Source: an uncultured Clostridia bacterium (lineage in GTDB: Bacteria > Bacillota > Clostridia > Christensenellales > CAG-138). Taken from it: a stretch of DNA of 64,000 nucleotides. Each line of letters begins with the position of its first letter. Positions within the stretch are counted from its first letter, which is position 1. Positions 1-6,457 of this stretch are shown here, one piece after another. The translations under genes were made by a program, and so were the position numbers. The notes beneath the pieces are model-generated. The model had not been told where the DNA came from. It saw only the letters and a program-made list of their open reading frames with translations, and ran no database searches. The DNA is taken from NCBI GenBank assembly GCA_946625575.1, contig CAMOTD010000002.1:2507-66506 (forward strand), in the 5' to 3' direction.

Positions 1-659
1 TCGATGTGAACGCTCCAAACGGTCTCGTCTCCGTCTCGTTTTTCGACGTCCGAGGACATTGCTTCATGGGAATTGTCGTCGAACTCATGGTTTAAACAGT
101 ACGTTCCAATAGTATCATCTTCGTTCCACGGATACACTTTTAACCCGTTGAACCATGCTATCCTGTACTCCAGCCAAGCCGCCTCGACTTCCTCCTTCGA
201 CCTCAAATCGGCCGAAAGCTCATAACCCGGCACGCTGTTTGTCACAAAACTTTGCGCTATGACCTCGGCAGTCTTGCCGTAGGTGAAGCTCTCGCTCGTG
301 ATATCGCGGTAGACCGCCTTTATCTCGCCCCGCGTAAGCCCGGAGGCGTCAAGCCCGTTCTCCATGAAAAACTCCTTTGCGGCGTTATACTCCTTGACCT
401 CGGCTGCGTAAGCGTACGTTCCGACGCCGAGAGCGATAATGACCGCAATGCAAGCGGCGATCGCCCAGAACGCCTTCCTCGGAAGACGTTTGCGCTTTGA
501 GCGTTCTTCCTTCTTACCGAAGAGCCTTTCGCCCACTTTTGCGTTTATCCTTGCGGACGACACTTCGTCCGATCTCTCCTCCACGCCGTCAAGGAGCGCA
601 TCGAGCTCCTCCGGCGTCAGTTCATCCATGATATCCGTGAATCTCTTTTCCATTTTCAT
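1..659 (-). CDS. anti-sigma factor, single-pass membrane protein (C-terminus runs off the window edge)
   Basis: Own minus-strand translation from ATG at 659 (or 653): M(KM)EKRFTDIMDELTPEELDALL...KRKRLPRKAFWAIAACIAVIIALGVGTYAYAA (one TM helix), then an extracytoplasmic part. The frame is open to position 1, which is why it is absent from the ORF track. Its start overlaps the stop of the upstream ECF sigma gene (ATGA). Confidence 0.6.
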   Translation of the reverse strand, partial: MKMEKRFTDIMDELTPEELDALLDGVEERSDEVSSARINAKVGERLFGKKEERSKRKRLPRKAFWAIAACIAVIIALGVGTYAYAAEVKEYNAAKEFFMENGLDASGLTRGEIKAVYRDITSESFTYGKTAEVIAQSFVTNSVPGYELSADLRSKEEVEAAWLEYRIAWFNGLKVYPWNEDDTIGTYCLNHEFDDNSHEAMSSDVEKRDGDETVWSVHI

Positions 660-1207
660 TCTCCTCCTATACTGTCTTTGAGCCTTGCAACCGCCCTGTG
701 CGTCCTCACGTCGACGTTTGAAACAGTCATATCGAGCCTTTGGGCGATCGTTTTTGAGCTTTGTCCCAGATAGTACTTCCTGATGATAATCTCCCTGTCC
801 GGTTCGCCGAGGGCTTTCACGGCGTCCAGCACGCGTTTTCTCTCCGCCTTTTCAATGAATTCGCCCTCGAGTGAAAAATCGTCCTCTATCTCGGGGATAT
901 TCGGATCGTCAAGAGACGAAACGGATAAGGACCTTTGCTTCCTAACCCTGTCGAGCGAATTATGCCTCGCTATCGCGCAGAGCCAAGCCTTGATCCCTGC
1001 GCGGTCCGGATCGAATTTGTCAAGATCCATATAGAACTCGCTGAACGTATCGGCAACGCATTCATCAACGTCGGCTATATCAAACGCACCGGGGAAAAGC
1101 CTTCCGCGCACAACGGCGTAAACAAGACCGGAATACCGTTCGATGAGCTCCCTCATTCCCCGTTCCGGATCCTGTTTCAGCTTTTTCAGCAGTTTTCTGT
1201 CCTGCAT
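656..1207 (-). CDS. RNA polymerase sigma factor, ECF (sigma-70 group 4) family
   Basis: 183-aa ORF. Region-2-like YSGLVYAVVRGRL...DECVADTFSEFY and region-4 HTH YYLGQSSKTIAQRLDMTVSNVDVRTHRAVARLK. Translationally coupled to the downstream membrane anti-sigma candidate. Confidence 0.9.
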   Translation of the reverse strand: MQDRKLLKKLKQDPERGMRELIERYSGLVYAVVRGRLFPGAFDIADVDECVADTFSEFYMDLDKFDPDRAGIKAWLCAIARHNSLDRVRKQRSLSVSSLDDPNIPEIEDDFSLEGEFIEKAERKRVLDAVKALGEPDREIIIRKYYLGQSSKTIAQRLDMTVSNVDVRTHRAVARLKDSIGGE

Positions 1208-1318
1208 GGGTTTTTTACCTCCCGTATGCCTTGAATCGATTCACAGATCAATGCGTCAAATCAAGCTAAATCTTACACCATTCAGCAAAAAAATCAACTT
1301 AGTATCGTATATTTTTTA

Positions 1319-1347
1319 TTGACAAATATGTGTTTTTTGTTTATAAT
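1319..1347 (+). promoter_or_regulatory. sigma-A type promoter for carD (TTGACA-17 nt-TATAAT)
   Basis: Perfect consensus hexamers read directly: TTGACA at 1319-1324, TATAAT at 1342-1347, 17-nt spacer, about 85 nt upstream of the carD start. Confidence 0.55.
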
Positions 1348-1431
1348 AGCAGTTGGGGGAGTAATTGCATAAGCATTGGTCTCCGTCAAATTGTCAGCCA
1401 TCGATCGAACATTTTTTATTGGAGGGATACC

Positions 1432-1896
1432 TTGTTTTCCGTCGGTGATCTAATTTGTTACCCCATGCACGGGGTCGGAACAGTTGAGGGCATCGTTACC
1501 CAAACCGTTCTCGGGAAAACGGCCGAGTATTATTCGCTTCGCTTCATTGACGGGAAGATGACGGCGCTCATCCCCGTTGCCACGGCGGAGTCGGTCGGTC
1601 TTAGGCAGCTGATCTGCAAAAACGAATGTGCGGACGTGATCTCGTACATGGCCAAGCCGGGCGAGCGCGGAAGCGACAACTGGAATCAGCGTTACCGTGA
1701 AAATATGGAAAAGATGCGTTCCGGCAGCATTTACGATGTTGCAGACGTTGTAAAGTGTCTCCGCGTGCGTGAAGCCGAAAAGGGGCTTTCCGCAGGCGAA
1801 CGCAAGATGCTCGCGACCGCAAAGATGATCATCACGGGCGAGCTTGCCACCGTCCTCAACAGGGATCAGGAAGATATCGAACGCGAAATCGGCTGA
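1432..1896 (+). CDS. carD: CarD/CdnL family transcriptional regulator
   Basis: FSVGDLICYPMHGVGTVEGI...AEYYSLRF...IPV and C-terminal NWNQRYRENMEKMRSGS...VADVVKCL match the CarD_CdnL_TRCF domain pattern. TTG start at 1432 is preferred over the upstream ATG (1330) because GGAGGG sits 6 nt upstream. Confidence 0.85.
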   Translation: MFSVGDLICYPMHGVGTVEGIVTQTVLGKTAEYYSLRFIDGKMTALIPVATAESVGLRQLICKNECADVISYMAKPGERGSDNWNQRYRENMEKMRSGSIYDVADVVKCLRVREAEKGLSAGERKMLATAKMIITGELATVLNRDQEDIEREIG

Positions 1897-1926
1897 CGGG
1901 AAATCCATGCTGAAAGGAGTGTAGTC

Positions 1927-3021
1927 TTGAGTAAAAAAATCGGTCGTTTCTTTATTACCCTTTTCGGACTCATGCTTGGGTTCGGTCTTGTGCTTCTGGT
2001 CTTCAAAAACAAGGGAGACCTCGGAATAGCTTCTTATCTCGATTCGCTCAGATCCTGGGTCCGCATTCTGATCTACGCCGCAAGCACCGTTTTATTTGGC
2101 ATTATTTTTTTCTTTTTATCACCTGCTATTATAAACGGCGTCGTCAAAATGATCCGAAAGATCGAAAAGCGTACGTCCGAGATGTCAATGGGACAGATCT
2201 TCGTCGGAGTGATCGGTCTCCTTATCGGTCTGCTCATAGCCGTGCTTTTGAGCTTGCTTGTTCAGAAGATCCCGTTTAAGACCGTCGTCATCCTCATTGA
2301 CGTGATACTGTTCATTTCGCTTGCCTATTTGGGATTCAAGATCCCCACGAGCAGGATAAAGGAATTCAACCTTCCCAACTGGTTCAAAAAAAGCTCGGAT
2401 AATCAAGCGGATATTTCAGTCAAAGCAAAACCGAAGCTCCTCGATACCTCCGCCATAATCGACGGAAGGTTTTTCGACGTATACAGGACGGGAGTTATTG
2501 AAGGAAACATCGTCGTTCCCCAATTCGTGCTTGATGAGCTGAGGCATATCGCGGACAGCGCAGACCCCCTGAAGCGCGCACGCGGACGCCGCGGACTCGA
2601 CGCGATCAACGAACTGCAGGAGTCGATCCCCGAAAAGGTTATCGTCAGCACGACGGACTATCCCGAGCTTGACGAGGTCGATACGAAGCTCCTCCGCCTC
2701 TCCGGAGACATGGGCGGCATCGTCGTAACGAATGATTATAACCTCGGAAAAGTCGCGCAGGTGCAGTCCGTTCCGGTGTTCAACATAAACGATCTCGCCA
2801 ATGCGCTGAGGATCAACGTTGTCGCCGGCGAAGTGGTTGAGCTTACCGTCGTTAAGGAAGGCAAGGAACACGGTCAGGGCGTCGCCTATTTCGACGACGG
2901 CACAATGGTCGTTGTCGACGGAGCGGCAAAGCTCGTCGGCAAAACGATCCCCGCAACCGTCACGAGCGTCCTCCAGACTTCCGCCGGAAGAATGGTTTTC
3001 GCAAAAGCGGAAGTGGAATAA
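1927..3021 (+). CDS. yacL: PIN/TRAM domain-containing membrane protein (YacL-like)
   Basis: N-terminal TM helices, a PIN-like core (LLDTSAIIDGR...VPQFVLDELRHIAD...VVTNDYNLGKVA) and a C-terminal TRAM-like beta domain. Lies immediately after carD, as in many Firmicutes. Confidence 0.8.
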   Translation: MSKKIGRFFITLFGLMLGFGLVLLVFKNKGDLGIASYLDSLRSWVRILIYAASTVLFGIIFFFLSPAIINGVVKMIRKIEKRTSEMSMGQIFVGVIGLLIGLLIAVLLSLLVQKIPFKTVVILIDVILFISLAYLGFKIPTSRIKEFNLPNWFKKSSDNQADISVKAKPKLLDTSAIIDGRFFDVYRTGVIEGNIVVPQFVLDELRHIADSADPLKRARGRRGLDAINELQESIPEKVIVSTTDYPELDEVDTKLLRLSGDMGGIVVTNDYNLGKVAQVQSVPVFNINDLANALRINVVAGEVVELTVVKEGKEHGQGVAYFDDGTMVVVDGAAKLVGKTIPATVTSVLQTSAGRMVFAKAEVE

Positions 3022-3032
3022 AGAGTTAATGG

Positions 3033-3066
3033 AACAGCACAGGCTGAATGCCTGTGTTGTTTTTAT
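3033..3066 (+). terminator. intrinsic terminator after the yacL-like gene
   Basis: AACAGCACAGGC-TGAAT-GCCTGTGTTGTT hairpin (one G.T pair) followed by TTTT. Confidence 0.6.
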
Positions 3067-3068
3067 GC

Positions 3069-3165
3069 GTAAAAGAAGGGATTTACAATACCCGCGCAGC
3101 AAGCAGTTTTGGTTTTTAATAGGAGAAGCAGGGATTTACGAACCCCGCGCAGCAAGCTGTTTCCC
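3069..3165 (-). repeat. two tandem degenerate ~45-nt copies of the 3' region (variable arm to acceptor end) of tRNA-Ser(GCT)
   Basis: 3122-3137 GGAGAAGCAGGGATTT is identical to 5663-5678 inside the tRNA and to 5505-5520. The copy continues ACGAACCCCGCGCAGCAAGCTG. A more decayed copy lies at 3069-3113 (AAAAGAAGGGATTTACAATACCCGCGCAGCAAGCAG). Confidence 0.7.
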
Positions 3166-3241
3166 TTCTTATGCTGCTTGCGTTATGCTGCGCTAAGAAT
3201 TTGCTCAGCAAATTCGAGGGTTCAAATTGTTTCGGCGTGAC

Positions 3242-3276
3242 AAAAAGGATACCCGGCTTTGCCGGGTATCCTTTTT
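3242..3276 (-). terminator. intrinsic (bidirectional-looking) terminator downstream of the AIPR gene
   Basis: AAAAAGGATACCCGGC-TTT-GCCGGGTATCCTTTTT: perfect 11-bp GC-rich stem flanked by an A-run and a T-run. Confidence 0.7.
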
Positions 3277-3367
3277 GTGGCTAAAAATTACTATTTCAAC
3301 GAAAGTGAATAATCGTTTACAGTGGTTATTATTTGATGGGCTATGTGCATTATTCAGATATTGATGT

Positions 3368-5212
3368 TCACATCCCTATATCATCAAACACATGCATAAA
3401 GTCAGCTTTTATACGAGTCCACTGCGACCTAAGCGTATTATAATAGTTCTTGTCGCGCTTTAAATAGTTAGTGGGCGTCAGCGTGTTATCGTAGTTGGCC
3501 TCAAAATGGTAACCCGTTATGCCTGCTTCGATTATAATAGTGAACAAGCGCTTAAGAACACCGTCATATCTGTCCTTATCACTGAAGATTTGCGGAGCAA
3601 TGAAGTACTGCAAATTCCCGAGTTCACGAAAAACATCATAAAGGGAATCGACGGCTGTTTCGATATTCGATCGACTGTTCAGCAGGAGAATAAGGTCTTG
3701 TTCCGTAAAGTTGCCTTGCCTGAATCGTGCGGCAAATGCGACGAACGCGATGCAGATGGTGCGCGCATTGTGCGCAAAAGAAATCCTCGTACCCGAATCC
3801 GGATCGGATTCGTTTTCCCTATCAAACTCTCTTTGGAAAACATTCCTGAAATAGTAATCAATGTATAGGAGTTCTTTGCAAAGCTTCGCGATCTGCGCCT
3901 GATTTCCATTGAAAACGGGCTCATAATACTTTGCATCATAAAGCGCGGAGGGCTTGTTTCTGCTTTTGCCGGGAAGCTGGAAAATGCCCGACAAGCAGAG
4001 CTTTCCGATTTCAACCAAGTCTGTATTCATCCAAGGACTCCTATATTGCGAGGGAACGCTTTCGCCGCGCTTTGTCTGATAGAAAATACCTTGCTGCCGC
4101 ATCTCGTTGGCAAACCTGACCTGCTCGGGAGAGTTTGCTTTTAAATCAACAGATTTGATTGCCTTCTGTGAGTTTGTTGCTTTGGCGATGGAAAGACTGA
4201 AGGCGTTCTTTTCATCCTCGGTTTCGCCCATGATTCTGATGATCTTGCAGGGAAGGAAAAGATCGTGATCGGAGTTAATGCTCGGGCTCTTGTGAAGCAT
4301 ATATGTTGTTTGCCCGCCGTTAACTATGGAGAAATTCCGCAGTTTGACATCCTTACCGTCAATTTCGAAGTCTTCGCAAATGATAGTAAGACCATTGTTC
4401 TTGAGCCAGAATGACGCGGGATCCGTATTGATTGTATCTTTAATAGCATTATCGATTTCGCGCCCTGCGATATGATAACGAAGATTGCGTGCCAACAAAT
4501 TTGTATTATGCTGCGCGTACAGTTGCTTTATCGAATAAGCCGATACATTTACTATAGCAGCATTATCTCCGTAAAGCAGATAATTATCCCGCTCGTCAAT
4601 ATGAACCTTCCCCGATTCAACGGTAGGACGACGTGATTCGGATTCCTTGATCTCCTCCTCAATGTCATTAGCAAATAGAATAGAAAGCTCAATATTGCTT
4701 GCACCAGGAAACTGTTCTCTAAACTTTCTTTCAAGGCGATCATTACGTATTCCGCTTTTCTCTGCGCTGGTATAAAAAACAAAATGAATCTTCGACTCTT
4801 CACCGACTTCGGCGTTAAGTGACAGAAATCTTTGCTGTACGATCGTATTGACTTGTTCATAGTGCCCGCTCGTCATATCTTTATAGAACAGGGCCATCTT
4901 CAGCAATGCATTCTGTACGTCCTCATATGTTATTGTACGGTAATACTTTGATTGACAAATAACAAGATCGGCTCCTTCGGAATTGGGATCACTGAGAAGA
5001 ACATCCACACCGCCGTCATACTGACCATCAACAATAAAGTTGTTTAGGTCGGATTCGTTGAGAACCAAAGCTGGATTCTTATAGAAATTGGATTTTACGC
5101 ACAACGCCGAAAACACATAGTCATCGGATTTGCTTCTCATCGTCGGGTAGGCGTCTTTCATTGCGCGGACTTTGGACGCAATAAAGTCGTATGAAGATAA
5201 GGGTGTAGGCAT
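3368..5212 (-). CDS. AIPR family abortive-infection/phage-resistance protein
   Basis: 614-aa ORF. N-terminal VDGQYDGGVDVLL...ADLVICQSKYY (the D-x-DGG[IV]D ... QSK signature I associate with AIPR N-termini, PD-(D/E)xK-like). Central WLKNNGLTII...FSIVNGGQTTY motif typical of the AIPR domain (Pfam PF10592, from memory). A/T-rich codon usage unlike its neighbours. Confidence 0.8.
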   Translation of the reverse strand: MPTPLSSYDFIASKVRAMKDAYPTMRSKSDDYVFSALCVKSNFYKNPALVLNESDLNNFIVDGQYDGGVDVLLSDPNSEGADLVICQSKYYRTITYEDVQNALLKMALFYKDMTSGHYEQVNTIVQQRFLSLNAEVGEESKIHFVFYTSAEKSGIRNDRLERKFREQFPGASNIELSILFANDIEEEIKESESRRPTVESGKVHIDERDNYLLYGDNAAIVNVSAYSIKQLYAQHNTNLLARNLRYHIAGREIDNAIKDTINTDPASFWLKNNGLTIICEDFEIDGKDVKLRNFSIVNGGQTTYMLHKSPSINSDHDLFLPCKIIRIMGETEDEKNAFSLSIAKATNSQKAIKSVDLKANSPEQVRFANEMRQQGIFYQTKRGESVPSQYRSPWMNTDLVEIGKLCLSGIFQLPGKSRNKPSALYDAKYYEPVFNGNQAQIAKLCKELLYIDYYFRNVFQREFDRENESDPDSGTRISFAHNARTICIAFVAFAARFRQGNFTEQDLILLLNSRSNIETAVDSLYDVFRELGNLQYFIAPQIFSDKDRYDGVLKRLFTIIIEAGITGYHFEANYDNTLTPTNYLKRDKNYYNTLRSQWTRIKADFMHVFDDIGM

Positions 5213-5274
5213 ATAATCCTCCTTCTGTTCAGGGGCTTTGGTATGGAATAATCCATTTCGACACTTCTTAACAA

Positions 5275-5303
5275 ATTATACCAAACGAGTTTGTTGTTTT
5301 CAA
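5275..5303 (-). promoter_or_regulatory. sigma-A type promoter for the AIPR gene (TTGAAA-17-TATAAT)
   Basis: Minus strand reads TTGAAAACAACAAACTCGTTTGGTATAAT, about 60 nt upstream of the AGGAGG RBS and ATG at 5212. Confidence 0.5.
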
Positions 5304-5500
5304 GATCTGAGATATAGCTTATTCTAGAGCATGTAGGATCTTTGTTGGCTTATCAGTTATTTAGACGAAACAATCTAAAACGCAAGTGAAACAAAACTAA
5401 CGGAAGAGCCATCGGGAAAGACAGACAAAAAATCTTATTATATAAAGAAAAATGAACATATAGAGAGATTGCAAGTTTCATTAAAAAAGCAATCTCTTTT

Positions 5501-5615
5501 TGGCGGAGAAGCAGGGATTTGATCTCGGCCGGCGTAACCGGCCTCGGTCAGGCGCGGCTCTGGAGCCACACTGTGGCTCCATTCACTCCCGCGCCCGTTC
5601 AAATCCCTGCTTCTT
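5501..5615 (-). other. 115-nt GC-rich multi-hairpin element derived from the tRNA-Ser(GCT) 3' end (not a tRNA)
   Basis: Minus strand: AAGAAGCAGGGATTTGA...TCAAATCCCTGCTTCTCCGCCA forms a ~15-bp closing stem. It encloses GGCGCGG[..GGAGCCACAGTGTGGCTCC..]CCGCGCC and GGCCGG-TTACG-CCGGCC hairpins. The last 22 nt are identical to the tRNA 3' end including CCA. Confidence 0.6.
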
Positions 5616-5624
5616 ATTAAGACA

Positions 5625-5658
5625 AAATAAATACCACCCCTTTGGGTGGTATTTATTT
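5625..5658 (-). terminator. intrinsic terminator of the tRNA-Ser operon
   Basis: AAATAAATACCACCC-CTTT-GGGTGGTATTTATTT hairpin directly abutting the CCA end of tRNA-Ser(GCT). Confidence 0.65.
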
Positions 5659-5750
5659 TGGCGGAGAAGCAGGGATTTGAACCCTGGCGACCCTTCGCAG
5701 ATCCTACTCCCTTAGCAGGGGAGCCCCTTCGACCTCTTGGGTACTTCTCC
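5659..5750 (-). tRNA. tRNA-Ser (anticodon GCT)
   Basis: 92 nt: GGAGAAG-TA-CCC..GGG, anticodon arm CTCCC-CTGCTAA-GGGAG, long variable arm, T arm CAGGG-TTCAAAT-CCCTG, acceptor CTTCTCC, encoded GCCA. Confidence 0.92.
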
Positions 5751-5756
5751 ATATAT

Positions 5757-5846
<90 letters not shown>

Positions 5847-5894
5847 ACGCCGAGCGACCCGTTAGGGACGACCCTTTTGCTGTGCAACAAACGA

Positions 5895-5923
5895 ATTATA
5901 TCAAAAGCGATTTTAGTTGTCAA
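5895..5923 (-). promoter_or_regulatory. sigma-A promoter of the tRNA-Ser operon (TTGACA-17-TATAAT)
   Basis: Minus strand TTGACAACTAAAATCGCTTTTGATATAAT: perfect consensus, about 45 nt upstream of the tRNA-Ser(TGA) 5' end. Confidence 0.6.
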
Positions 5924-5978
5924 TATCAATTTTATTCCTGCGATTATATAATTTTATTTCTATATTGCTCTAATAATG

Positions 5979-6007
5979 TTGAAATTCCGTTTTATCTGTG
6001 CTATAAT
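5979..6007 (+). promoter_or_regulatory. sigma-A type promoter (TTGAAA-17-TATAAT) for the small membrane protein gene
   Basis: Hexamers at 5979-5984 and 6002-6007 in the A+T-rich divergent intergenic region. Confidence 0.5.
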
Positions 6008-6063
6008 AATTATATACAGGAAAATCCGGCTATTTATCAGACTTCGCACGAAAGGATCAAACT

Positions 6064-6357
6064 ATGCGTTACGTATATCCGATTATTATGGGTTGTTTGG
6101 CGCTGGGAATACTGATCTATGCCGCTGTGATCGCCATCAGCGGGACTACCGATCTTATCCCCCGTCACTATGCCGCAAGGGTCAGAAATAAAAAGATCTA
6201 TGCACGCCGCTTTGCGCTTCTGCTTGTTATCGTTGCGGCGGCGCCGATCCTTTCCGGCGTCATCGGATTATTCAGCGTTCTTGCCGGCATTATAATTCTC
6301 ATAATTGCCCTAGCCGTATGTCTTTACGTCGGGGCGAGGGTATTTACCGGCAAATAA
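6064..6357 (+). CDS. small hydrophobic membrane protein (about 3 TM helices), function unknown
   Basis: 97-aa ORF with a consensus promoter upstream and a terminator downstream. Three hydrophobic stretches. No recognisable family. Confidence 0.6.
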   Translation: MRYVYPIIMGCLALGILIYAAVIAISGTTDLIPRHYAARVRNKKIYARRFALLLVIVAAAPILSGVIGLFSVLAGIIILIIALAVCLYVGARVFTGK

Positions 6358-6371
6358 AGCATTCGATCAAA

Positions 6372-6396
6372 GCGGGCGGTTTTCGCCCGTTTTTTA
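6372..6396 (+). terminator. intrinsic terminator
   Basis: GCGGGCG-GTTTT-CGCCCGT followed by TTTTT. Confidence 0.6.
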
Positions 6397-6425
6397 TTGC
6401 ATTTTTTGCAGGATTGTGATATAGT
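6397..6425 (+). promoter_or_regulatory. sigma-A type promoter for trkAH (TTGCAT-17-TATAGT)
   Basis: Read directly. The leader to the trkA ATG is only about 30 nt. Confidence 0.45.
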
Positions 6426-6457
6426 GTATTTGTAAGAATTTGTTTCGAGGTCAGAAT

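Larger units (their letters stand above)
3122..5658. mobile_element. degraded tRNA-Ser(GCT)-associated genomic islet (no integrase) carrying one AIPR gene
   Basis: Bounded by same-strand copies of the tRNA 3' end (3122, 5505, and the tRNA itself ending at 5659). The interior is visibly A+T-richer than the flanks. Contains a single self-contained transcription unit. Confidence 0.55.

Noticed and set aside
1927-3021. PIN-domain protein as a toxin of a toxin-antitoxin pair
   Set aside because: It is a 364-aa membrane-anchored PIN+TRAM protein in conserved carD-yacL synteny, with no small antitoxin gene. It is not a VapC-type toxin.
3069-3165. Two ~30-nt repeats with a 52-nt period that could be taken for a mini CRISPR array
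   Set aside because: Only two copies, which are imperfect. The intervening 'spacer' is about 22 nt. The repeat is clearly homologous to the tRNA-Ser(GCT) 3' region. No cas genes and no leader.
5501-5615. Possible extra tRNA (for example tRNA-Sec), tmRNA fragment or tRNA pseudogene
   Set aside because: Only the 3' 22 nt match a tRNA. No D arm, anticodon arm or T arm can be drawn. There is no TCA anticodon loop, and the 5' strand is an inverted copy of the 3' strand rather than an acceptor 5' strand.
6358-6457. c-di-AMP (ydaO/kimA-type) riboswitch in front of trkAH
   Set aside because: The region contains only a terminator, a promoter and a ~30-nt leader, which is far too short for the riboswitch.
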